A stretch of DNA of 64,000 nt, taken from sequence record MH359124; one strand, written 5' to 3'. Of the stretch, positions 55,845 through 64,000 are shown piece after piece. The translations under genes were made by a program, and so were the position numbers. The notes beneath the pieces are model-generated. The model searched no databases and was not told the origin of the DNA. It saw only the letters and a list, made by a program, of their open reading frames with translations. Each line of letters opens with the position of its first letter. Positions within the stretch are counted from its first letter, which is position 1. Source of the DNA: Escherichia phage SF.

Positions 55845-58058
55845 ATGATTATTGAAACGGCTAAAGAAACGATTATCGGTTCAGGCGGTAAGAGCACAGC
55901 ATTTACTATTCAAGGCAATAGCAAAGTTTATAAGATTTTGTCTAATGACCTTTATACAAACAAAGAATTGGCTTGTGTACGTGAATTAATCACAAACTGT
56001 ATTGATGGACAAATTCTTAATGGTTGCACTGATAAGTTTATTGTTCAGGCTCCAGGTCGTTTAGACCCACGTTTTGTAGTTCGAGACTTTGGTCCTGGTA
56101 TGAGTGATTTCACCATTCGAGGTAATGACGAAGAGCCAGGAATCTATAACTCATATTTTGCTTCAACTAAAACATCGAGTAACGATTTCATTGGTGGATT
56201 CGGACTCGGTTCTAAAGCTCCACTAGCATATACTGATACGTTTAACATTACTTCTTATCATAATGGTGAAGTTCGTGGTTACGTAATCTACCAAGATGAC
56301 ACGGGTCCACAAATTAAGCCAACATTTGTAGATAAGATGGGTCCTGATGACAGGACCGGCGTTGAAGTAGTTGTGCCTGTTAACCCAGAAGATTTTGAAA
56401 AGTTCGCATCCGAAATTGCTTATGTTATGCGTCCTCTCGGCGATATTGCAGAAGTTCGTGGTGTTAAAGATATCAAATACTTCCCAGAATTTGATGATGT
56501 TTATTTAGCCAAGGAAGCTCCATGGGGTGAACGTGGTAATATCATGGCTGTTTATGGTGGTATTGTATATCCAATCGGAAGTGTTATTAAAGAACAAACA
56601 TGGATGATGACGCGATGCACTACAGCTTATATTAAATTCCCTATGGGTGAACTAGATGTAGCCCCGTCTCGTGAAGCATTGTCATTTGATAAACGTACAG
56701 TAGCAAATATCCATAAACGCGTTGCAGAAATCGATGCAAAATTATTTGCTGAAGATTCTAAGAAATGGATTGATTGTGAATATCCACGTCATGTATTCCG
56801 TGAAATCGATTCTCTTGGTTACTCTGCTCGTAAATACATGGAAAAAGCTGGTTCTAATATTGAATCACTGAAATATTCTAAAGAACAGCTAACTTATTCT
56901 GAGTTGTACAAACGTTTTAAAATGGGACCTGAATGGTGCAACCTTGGCGTTGTATATGATATCGTTTCAGACCCACGGCTTCGTCGTATTCGTGAAAGCG
57001 GAAGCTCGTCTTCAACTATTTCAATTAATAGCCTGCTAGGTATTAGTCGTAAGCATATTGATATTGTTATTGACGATGTGAAAGGCCGCGTACCAATGAT
57101 GCGTGCTCTGAACGATGCTTTGACTTCCACCGATGCATCAACACTCGTTGATAAGGTTCCTTCCGGATGGGGTAGTAGCGTATTATTCATTAACCCAGAA
57201 GACGAAGTTGCAATGAAACTTCTGGAACGATTAAAGGTTATTTTCGCTGGTGATAGCCTTAAATTTTATAAGACCTCCGAAATTCTTGCATTGGTTAAAC
57301 CGTGGATTGAAGTTAAAGAACGTTCATCACAGCCTCGTCCTAAATCACCGAGTGCTCATCGGTTCTTTAAGAATGAAAACGATGTTTGGGTATCAGAAGA
57401 TCTCTTTATTCCGGCCGGTAAAGCTGATGAGATTCAAGGTTATGTTGTAATTCGTAATCGTTCTAACGCTGAATGTCTTGACGCAGATAAAGGTTGGTTG
57501 AACTATGATTCTAGTTTCTTGACTCGTATTGCCGATTTGTCAGGTATTAAAGAGTTCACTGTAGTTCGCCCACAGATTGCTAAGAAAGTTCGTAAACTTG
57601 GTGAAGTAGAATGCTTGTTCGAAAAATCAATTAATGACTATATTATGCTAATCGATAAAGTAGATTATGATGAGTATGTATCACCAAGTCGTAGAGCACA
57701 GCCTTATTTGAATCATATTACTCGTAATGAAGAGCTTAACTTCCTCAGTAAGTATTTTAGCTCTAAGAACAAAGAAATCAGTAAAGATTTTGCAAAACTT
57801 TCAACAGTAAATAATCGTTGGGGATGGAATCGATTCGCAGGTGCTGATAACAGAGACCTGAACAGGAAGTTAGAATTGTGTGCTAAAATTTTCGATAAGC
57901 TTAAAGATAATGCTTACGATAATGATGATAAAATGGTTATTGAATTTGAAACCAATTATCATATTGTGTCAGAATACATGGGACGACGTGGTACTCTTTC
58001 TAAAGAACAGGTCGCTCAAATCGTTAAATTCATGAAGGCCGTGGAAGCGGCCAAATAA
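55845..58058 (+). CDS. rIIA: rIIA membrane-associated protector from prophage-induced early lysis
   Basis: 737 aa; N-terminal region matches T4 rIIA. Confidence 0.93.
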   Translation: MIIETAKETIIGSGGKSTAFTIQGNSKVYKILSNDLYTNKELACVRELITNCIDGQILNGCTDKFIVQAPGRLDPRFVVRDFGPGMSDFTIRGNDEEPGIYNSYFASTKTSSNDFIGGFGLGSKAPLAYTDTFNITSYHNGEVRGYVIYQDDTGPQIKPTFVDKMGPDDRTGVEVVVPVNPEDFEKFASEIAYVMRPLGDIAEVRGVKDIKYFPEFDDVYLAKEAPWGERGNIMAVYGGIVYPIGSVIKEQTWMMTRCTTAYIKFPMGELDVAPSREALSFDKRTVANIHKRVAEIDAKLFAEDSKKWIDCEYPRHVFREIDSLGYSARKYMEKAGSNIESLKYSKEQLTYSELYKRFKMGPEWCNLGVVYDIVSDPRLRRIRESGSSSSTISINSLLGISRKHIDIVIDDVKGRVPMMRALNDALTSTDASTLVDKVPSGWGSSVLFINPEDEVAMKLLERLKVIFAGDSLKFYKTSEILALVKPWIEVKERSSQPRPKSPSAHRFFKNENDVWVSEDLFIPAGKADEIQGYVVIRNRSNAECLDADKGWLNYDSSFLTRIADLSGIKEFTVVRPQIAKKVRKLGEVECLFEKSINDYIMLIDKVDYDEYVSPSRRAQPYLNHITRNEELNFLSKYFSSKNKEISKDFAKLSTVNNRWGWNRFAGADNRDLNRKLELCAKIFDKLKDNAYDNDDKMVIEFETNYHIVSEYMGRRGTLSKEQVAQIVKFMKAVEAAK

Positions 58059-58067
58059 GGAAACATT

Positions 58068-59003
58068 ATGTACAATATCAAATGCTTGTCCCAAGAAGAA
58101 CAGTTAGAAGCTTACAACCTGGTCAAATCAGGCAAATGGACCCGTAAAGAAATTGCCGATTACTTCGACATTTCAACAGATACTCTTCGTAAGATTGTTA
58201 AGAATTTTAAAGCTGAAGAGAAAGCAGCTAAATTTGAAGACGAAGAACAGGTCCCAGAAAATAATGAACCTATTATTACAGGTCATCGTCCAGAAATCGT
58301 ATGGAACGCGTCATCTAAATTTATTTCAATCATTGAAGGACGCGTAGCATACAATGCGACCCCATCAAGTCATGCAAATTTTGAAGAAATTAAAGCTAAT
58401 TTGGTCGCAGGAAACCTTAGTAAAGCTGTCGAACTTATTAACATCAAGAAAGCTATTACTAAGTTTGTTGACGGTAATGTTACTATTGAAGGTGGTAGTT
58501 TATTTTATCAAGGTATAGAGATTCGTTCAGGACTGGTTAATCGTATTATTGATTCCATGGAAAAAGGCGAAGACTTTAAATTCTATCTGCCGTTCCTTGA
58601 AAACCTGTTAGAAAACCCAAGCGAAAAAGCTGTACAACGTTTATTCGACTTCTTGGTTGCAAACGATATTGAAATCACTGAAGATGGGCATTTCTATGCG
58701 TGGAAAGTAGTTCGTAAAGACTATTTAGATTGCTATAGCGGTACATTTGATAACTCGCCTGGTAAAGTTGTTTCAATGCCTCGTACTCGTGTTAACGATG
58801 ATGATACTCAAACCTGCTCCCGTGGTCTACATGTTTGTGCTAAATCATATATTCGTTACTTTGGTTCTAGCTCAGATAAAGTTGTTAAGGTTAAAGTTCA
58901 TCCACGTGATGTTGTATCTATCCCAGTTGACTATGGCGATGCTAAGATGCGTACTTGTCGTTATGAAGTAATTTCAGACGTTACTGAATTATTTGCAGAA
59001 TAA
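58068..59003 (+). CDS. rIIB: rIIB
   Basis: MYNIKCL... matches T4 rIIB; follows rIIA. Confidence 0.9.
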   Translation: MYNIKCLSQEEQLEAYNLVKSGKWTRKEIADYFDISTDTLRKIVKNFKAEEKAAKFEDEEQVPENNEPIITGHRPEIVWNASSKFISIIEGRVAYNATPSSHANFEEIKANLVAGNLSKAVELINIKKAITKFVDGNVTIEGGSLFYQGIEIRSGLVNRIIDSMEKGEDFKFYLPFLENLLENPSEKAVQRLFDFLVANDIEITEDGHFYAWKVVRKDYLDCYSGTFDNSPGKVVSMPRTRVNDDDTQTCSRGLHVCAKSYIRYFGSSSDKVVKVKVHPRDVVSIPVDYGDAKMRTCRYEVISDVTELFAE

Positions 59004-59008
59004 TAATT

Positions 59009-59030
59009 GGGGACTTCGGTCCCCTTTTTT
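59009..59030 (+). terminator. UUCG-tetraloop terminator (GGGGAC-TTCG-GTCCCC followed by T6)
   Basis: Seen in sequence. Confidence 0.7.
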
Positions 59031-59044
59031 CTTTAGGGGTAATT

Positions 59045-59332
59045 ATGATTCATCCATTTGACGTATCAGAATCCAAAATTGCTAATCTTCGTGGTCATCA
59101 TAAGTGTAAATCAGTTTATTGCGCTAAATTGGTAAAACATCCTGGCGATGCACACTACGGCTGGTTAGAATGCGACGAAGTTGTTATTGAAATTCCGCCT
59201 GTAGATGCAGAATATCTTGAAGAAGGTGATCGCATTTATTTTGGCGAACTACACATCAGAGGTATCTATGGTAAAGACGAACTTGGGGCTGTTGAGACTG
59301 AAGAATCTTCCGACATTTATCCTGTCGAATGA
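59045..59332 (+). CDS. Hypothetical protein
   Basis: ORF. Confidence 0.5.
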   Translation: MIHPFDVSESKIANLRGHHKCKSVYCAKLVKHPGDAHYGWLECDEVVIEIPPVDAEYLEEGDRIYFGELHIRGIYGKDELGAVETEESSDIYPVE

Positions 59333-59348
59333 GTTTTTGACTAGTGAA

Positions 59349-59825
59349 ATGAAGGTGAAGATTGCTGACACTGCTCGGTATTCCCTGAGCCAAAATCCTG
59401 GCCAAAACAAAGAAGATGTAGTTCGACGTTGTAAGGTTGCGGTCTTTGCAGAGTATGTAGTAGCAAATTGGCTAGACGGATATGTTAATAAAGGTATTGA
59501 AGACGTAGAAGACCCATACACGTATGCATGGGACGTGTTAGCCCATCCCAAGTATTGCGGAATTCGTGTAGAAGTCAAGACACACCAGATAGATTCTAAA
59601 TGGATTTCGGTTACCACAGGATACAGTGGTGATTATCCGGGTGGTAATGGAATCAATATAGGGCCCTTCTTGAACCATCGAGTCGCAGACTGCATTATTA
59701 TATTAGATGTCAAAGAAACCTCACCTGACGTCTTCTCTTATTCTATAAAGTTCGTGGGAGACCATGAAGACCTAAAGAAAATCGTCCGCAAGAGCAACTA
59801 CAACGGGTGGTATCTTCATCTTTAA
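59349..59825 (+). CDS. Hypothetical protein (denB position; identity not established)
   Basis: ORF between rIIB and ndd; internal ATG at 59349 avoids overlap. Confidence 0.4.
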   Translation: MKVKIADTARYSLSQNPGQNKEDVVRRCKVAVFAEYVVANWLDGYVNKGIEDVEDPYTYAWDVLAHPKYCGIRVEVKTHQIDSKWISVTTGYSGDYPGGNGINIGPFLNHRVADCIIILDVKETSPDVFSYSIKFVGDHEDLKKIVRKSNYNGWYLHL

Positions 59826-59893
59826 TTTCATAAAAGTGTTTACAACTAAGTAGGACTATGATACAGTAGTCCTATCTAAAAGAGGATAGCATC

Positions 59894-60157
59894 ATGAAAT
59901 TTAAATTTTTCTACGCAAAACATAAAGTAACAGGCGAATTTGTTTCAATGTACAACACCGCAGATGATGAAGGGATGATTTATACCCATTTAGGCCTATC
60001 TCATTGGGACTCAGACGTGCCTTATATGTCATCTGAAGCCGAAATAACTCGTCTGGTTAATGGACATATGAACGACCATTTTAGTGTTATTCTTTCTAAA
60101 GACCTTAAAGAGGTTATCAACAAAGGATATATGGAACTCGCGGAAGTTGAGATATGA
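59894..60157 (+). CDS. Hypothetical protein
   Basis: ORF. Confidence 0.5.
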   Translation: MKFKFFYAKHKVTGEFVSMYNTADDEGMIYTHLGLSHWDSDVPYMSSEAEITRLVNGHMNDHFSVILSKDLKEVINKGYMELAEVEI

Positions 60158-60404
60158 GCTCTAAAATGTGGATAGGAATATGGTTTCTTAGTATCCCTAT
60201 GATTTGTATAATATTTTCAATTGCATTGAGGTACTTATGAAAAATGCACTTATTGTACTAAGAACAATTTGCGATACAGGTTTTTACATCGCATGTTCGT
60301 TCACTGGAACATGGTTGGCTTTAACATATTTTAATGTAATTTAATTGTTTACAACACAGTAGGATTATGGTATAGTAGTCCTATCAAAACACGAGGAAAA
60401 CAAA

Positions 60405-60605
60405 ATGGCTAAGCTTTTTAAAGATGTTGAAATTGGTGAAAAATTTGTCCTGAATAATGGTCAGCAGCTTATTCGTGTAGCTTCTATAGCCGGACAAACT
60501 CATAACTGCATAGCCCCAACGTGTTGGACCCGATTCTTTATTGAGGATGACACCGAATGTTTAACTGTTGAAGAGCTTTTTGAACGTTCTGATATAACCG
60601 AATAA
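60405..60605 (+). CDS. Hypothetical protein
   Basis: ORF. Confidence 0.5.
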   Translation: MAKLFKDVEIGEKFVLNNGQQLIRVASIAGQTHNCIAPTCWTRFFIEDDTECLTVEELFERSDITE

Positions 60606-60681
60606 AATTGTACAAACTCTTGAGAGCAGAGTATAATGCTCTCATGGATTACAAAAACATTAATCAATTGAGGAAATTAGC

Positions 60682-61128
60682 ATGTCCAAATATTTAACTC
60701 GTAAAGACCTTCTGGCAGTTGGCGGTGAAGTTGTTGCAGTAGTTCGTAATGGCGAATACGGTTCTGAAGTTTCTAAAGAGTTTCGTTCTCGTGAAGGTTT
60801 TTACTTCTTTGTTAAAGGTTCATCTGATTGGCGTCAAGTAGCAGCACGATTCTTTGTAGGACGTCAACGTTCTAAACAAGGGTTGGATGCAATTCTTTCT
60901 CACATTCGTCAAGGCCGTTCGCAACTAGCCCGTACTATGGGCACTAACAATATTGAATATGATGTAATCTTTGTTGCAGCTAAGAACATGAAACCACTGA
61001 CCACTGGTTATGGTAAAGGACAATTGGCTCTGGCATTCACTCGCAATCATACATCAGAATATCAAACACTCACTGAAATGAACCGTCTTCTGGCAGATAA
61101 TTTCAAATTCATTCTGCAGAGTTATTAA
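60682..61128 (+). CDS. ndd: Nucleoid disruption protein Ndd
   Basis: [11 protein letters not shown]...[13 protein letters not shown]...[20 protein letters not shown] matches T4 Ndd. Confidence 0.9.
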   Translation: MSKYLTRKDLLAVGGEVVAVVRNGEYGSEVSKEFRSREGFYFFVKGSSDWRQVAARFFVGRQRSKQGLDAILSHIRQGRSQLARTMGTNNIEYDVIFVAAKNMKPLTTGYGKGQLALAFTRNHTSEYQTLTEMNRLLADNFKFILQSY

Positions 61129-61180
61129 TTTATATAGGCCTATTAAGTTAGGCCTTTAATTTATTTTTGAGGTAATTAAA

Positions 61181-61330
61181 ATGGTAACATGGATTATTGC
61201 ATTGTTGTGTTGGTCGTTTTTATTCATTAACACTTTAGTTACAGGCGAAACAACAGTATTTCAACAGGCTGTATCACAAGGTACCTTAGCGGTCTTAGCT
61301 CTTTTTAACGTATTAAAAGGCGAGCAATGA
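61181..61330 (+). CDS. Hypothetical small membrane peptide (49 aa)
   Basis: Hand-translated MVTWIIALLCWSFLF... Confidence 0.3.
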   Translation: MVTWIIALLCWSFLFINTLVTGETTVFQQAVSQGTLAVLALFNVLKGEQ

Positions 61331-61468
61331 TTAAGAAAATCTTAGCAGGAGCCTTCGGGCTCTTGTTGTTGCTTACGGTCCTGTACTACGGTGTGATGTT
61401 TGGGCTAATCCAAGTAGTGCTTTTCATTTCAGATGTTATAATGGCTATTCGTTCATTAATATGGTGAA
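61328..61468 (+). CDS. Hypothetical small membrane peptide (46 aa)
   Basis: Hand-translated MIKKILAGAFGLLLLLTVLYY... Confidence 0.3.
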
Positions 61469-61471
61469 AAT

Positions 61472-62797
61472 ATGCAATTGAATTCTCGTAATCTAAAAAG
61501 TATTATTGATAACGAAGCCTTAGCATATGCGATGTACACCGTTGAAAACCGTGCAATCCCAAACATGATTGATGGATTTAAGCCGGTTCAACGTTTTGTG
61601 GTTCATCGTGCGTTAGATTTGGCTCGTGGTAATAAAGAAAAATTTCATAAACTTGCGTCAATTGCAGGCGGTGTTGCAGATTTAGGTTATCACCATGGTG
61701 AATCTTCTGCACAAGATGCAGGTGCATTGATGGCTAACACATGGAACAACAACTATCCACTGTTAGATGGCCAAGGCAACTTTGGTTCTCGAACAGTCCA
61801 AAAAGCTGCAGCATCTCGTTATATTTTTGCTCGTGTAAGTAAAAATTTCTATAACGTATATAAAGATACTGAATATGCTCCAGCTCATGAAGATAAAGAA
61901 CACATTCCACCAAAATTCTATCTTCCTATTATTCCAACAGTTCTTTTGAATGGCGTCTCTGGTATTGCAACCGGTTACGCAACAAATATTCTGCCTCATA
62001 GTTTTAAATCAGTCAAAAAGGCTGTATTACAAGCTCTTCAAGGTAAAAATGTCACTAAGCCAAAAGTTGAATTCCCGGAATTCCGTGGTGAAGTACATGA
62101 AGTTGATGGGCGTTATGAGATTCACGGAACATATAAGTTCACATCCCGAACTCAAATGCAGATAACTGAAATCCCATATAAATTCGACCGTGAAACGTAT
62201 GTGAGTAAGGTTCTTGACCCATTGGAAGACAAAGGTCTAATCTCATGGGAAGATGATTGTGGTGAACACGGCTTTGGGTTTAAGGTGAAGTTCCGTAAAG
62301 AGTACTCGCTTCCTGATGATGAAGAGCTACGTCATGAAAAAATCATGAAAGATTTTAGTCTCATCGAACGTCGTTCGCAAAACATCACAGTGATTAATGA
62401 AAAGGGTAAATTAGCGGTCTATGATAACGTAGTGGACTTAATCAAAGATTTTGTTGAAGTCCGTAAGACTTATGTTCAGAAACGTATTGACAACAAAATC
62501 CTTGAATCTGAAAAAGCATTTAAACTGGCTTTTGCTAAGGCACACTTCATCAAAAAAGTTATTACAGGTGAAATTGTGATTCAGGGCAAGACTCGTAAAG
62601 CTTTGACTGAAGAGCTAGCACAAATCGAAATGTATAAAGAACATGTCGATAAACTGGTAGGCCTTAACATCTTCCATATCACTTCCGACGAAGCACGTAA
62701 ACTAGCAGAAGAAGCTAAGGCTAAGAAAGAAGAAAATGAGTATTGGAAGTCTACTGATGTTGTGACAGAGTACACTAAAGACTTGGAGGCACTTTGA
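61472..62797 (+). CDS. 52: DNA topoisomerase II medium subunit gp52 (GyrA-like)
   Basis: 441 aa; N-terminal AYAMYTVENRAIPNMIDGFKPVQR. Confidence 0.92.
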   Translation: MQLNSRNLKSIIDNEALAYAMYTVENRAIPNMIDGFKPVQRFVVHRALDLARGNKEKFHKLASIAGGVADLGYHHGESSAQDAGALMANTWNNNYPLLDGQGNFGSRTVQKAAASRYIFARVSKNFYNVYKDTEYAPAHEDKEHIPPKFYLPIIPTVLLNGVSGIATGYATNILPHSFKSVKKAVLQALQGKNVTKPKVEFPEFRGEVHEVDGRYEIHGTYKFTSRTQMQITEIPYKFDRETYVSKVLDPLEDKGLISWEDDCGEHGFGFKVKFRKEYSLPDDEELRHEKIMKDFSLIERRSQNITVINEKGKLAVYDNVVDLIKDFVEVRKTYVQKRIDNKILESEKAFKLAFAKAHFIKKVITGEIVIQGKTRKALTEELAQIEMYKEHVDKLVGLNIFHITSDEARKLAEEAKAKKEENEYWKSTDVVTEYTKDLEAL

Positions 62798-62873
62798 GTG
62801 CCCTAGCCTTAGGATTTCTCGGTGCAATAGCTGCACTAGTGATTTGGCTGTATTGGTTGGACAAACATGATTA

Positions 62874-62893
62874 GGGAGCTTCGGCTCCCTTTT
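62874..62893 (+). terminator. UUCG-tetraloop terminator (GGGAGC-TTCG-GCTCCC followed by T-rich tract)
   Basis: Seen in sequence. Confidence 0.65.
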
Positions 62894-62984
62894 GTGCATT
62901 TTTTTCTCACAAAACAGTTTACTTTTGCTTCAAACATGATATTATAGACCTATCAAAACAAAACAACCAAATTGGAGAAATAAA

Positions 62985-63200
62985 ATGTCTAAAATGAAAT
63001 TAACCCAAAACACAACTACTCGTTTCGGTAAAGTTAAACCTGGTATGAATGCTCCCCGTAAAGCACTTGTTGAAGAATTAAATTTCTTAGAAGTTGAAAT
63101 CAATTCTTTAGTGGTTCGCGGTTCAAATGGACATCATTTAGAAAAGCTTCGTTCTAAAAAGGCAAAACTTATTGGCCTTATTAAAGAAATGAGTTTGTAA
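62985..63200 (+). CDS. Hypothetical basic protein
   Basis: ORF. Confidence 0.5.
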   Translation: MSKMKLTQNTTTRFGKVKPGMNAPRKALVEELNFLEVEINSLVVRGSNGHHLEKLRSKKAKLIGLIKEMSL

Positions 63201-63304
63201 ATTTTACCAGGGCTTTTGGAAAAAGAGCCCAAAATAAAGTTTACTTTTGCTTCAAACGTGATATTATAGACCTATCAAAACAAATACTAATTTGGAGAAA
63301 TAAA

Positions 63305-63937
63305 ATGTCTAAAGTTACTTACATCATCAAAGCTTCTGAAAACGCTCTGAATGAAAAAACTGCTGCAATAATGGTTTATGTCATTAAGAACAACTTCACC
63401 ACGGCTGCCAATGTCCGTGAAGCTCTGGAAGCGGAATACAATGCATCGGTTGTTAACTCTAACATTGGTGTATTGATTAAGAAAGGTTTAGTCGAAAAAT
63501 CCGGTGATGGACTTGTAGCAACAGGCGAAGCAATGGATATTATCCAAAAAGCTGCAGACCTCTTTGCCCAAGAAAATGCTCCAGAACTTCTTCAGAAACG
63601 TAACACTAGAAAAGCACGTGGAGTTACTCCTGAAATGCACGAATTAGCGAACTTTGTTTTTGAAAATATTAAAGATAAAGTTGAAGTTAAAGAAATTGGT
63701 GAAAACCGTAGTAACTTGGAAGTTCGATTTGCAAAACGAGTTCTAGGTATTCGTCAGATCGAAATTCGTCGAAATGGTTCTCTTAGAATCTTTGCATACA
63801 ACATGTCAGAAACTGAATCAAAGCTGTTTACTTCTCTTGAAAATGATGTTAAGATTAAGATCGGTGGTAAATATACATACATTGACTTCCCTAATGTGTC
63901 CAAAGAAATCATTACCCTTGTAACTAACGTACTGTGA
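63305..63937 (+). CDS. motA: Middle-transcription activator MotA
   Basis: MSKVTYIIKAS...SNIGVLIKKGLVEKSGDGL matches T4 MotA. Confidence 0.9.
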   Translation: MSKVTYIIKASENALNEKTAAIMVYVIKNNFTTAANVREALEAEYNASVVNSNIGVLIKKGLVEKSGDGLVATGEAMDIIQKAADLFAQENAPELLQKRNTRKARGVTPEMHELANFVFENIKDKVEVKEIGENRSNLEVRFAKRVLGIRQIEIRRNGSLRIFAYNMSETESKLFTSLENDVKIKIGGKYTYIDFPNVSKEIITLVTNVL

Positions 63938-64000
63938 GGAATACATAATGAATAAGCTGAATATTATTAACGAACTTCGTAAATGTGCAGAACCTACTCA

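Noticed and set aside
59205-59348. N-terminal extension of the ORF at 59205-59825
   Set aside because: Overlaps the preceding gene by 128 nt; the in-frame ATG at 59349 just after the upstream stop is the more plausible start.
61346-61364. GGAGCC-TTCG-GGCTC hairpin resembling the UUCG terminators
   Set aside because: Lies inside a small hydrophobic ORF and has no T tract; probably coding sequence that happens to be palindromic.
1-64000. Search for tRNA genes and CRISPR arrays
   Set aside because: No cloverleaf-compatible GC-rich 70-90 nt segments and no regularly spaced direct repeats were seen; the only repeats are the promoter cassettes.

Overview
This window is a T4-like (Tevenvirinae) myovirus early/middle gene region, read here entirely on the + strand in the direction opposite to the conventional T4 map. 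Recognisable T4 homologues run in T4 synteny: nrdC, 49, nrdD, nrdG, nrdH-like, 55, 47, 46, rpbA, 45, 44, 62, regA, 43, 42, uvsX, 40, 41, dmd, sp, 61, 56, soc, two Mod-type ADP-ribosyltransferases, srd, dda, dexA, a fused 39/60 topoisomerase subunit, rIIA, rIIB, ndd, 52 and motA. Calls rest on my reading of the translated ORFs and on synteny; no database search was run. The main finding is that the T4 glucosyltransferase loci are not occupied by alpha-gt or beta-gt. Instead, a module between gene 43 and uvsX (27850-34403) encodes a KdsD-like arabinose-5-phosphate isomerase, a fused sugar-1-phosphate nucleotidyltransferase/APH-like kinase, a HAD phosphatase, a Cys-rich U32-like protein, a divergent dCMP hydroxymethylase, an unknown 299-aa protein and a thymidylate-kinase-like P-loop protein. 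A GT-B glycosyltransferase sits separately between gene 39 and rIIA (54439-55539). Together these look like a complete pathway for making an activated pentose (probably NDP-arabinose) and transferring it to hydroxymethylcytosine DNA; this resembles the arabinosyl-hmC modification reported for RB69-like phages, but several components have no assigned role. The intergenic regions carry a family of near-identical early-promoter cassettes (PeSL-like), some embedding perfect inverted repeats that would sequester the downstream ribosome-binding site in read-through transcripts, plus MotA-box middle promoters, two late promoters and many UUCG-tetraloop terminators. No tRNA, CRISPR array, homing endonuclease or intron was seen.
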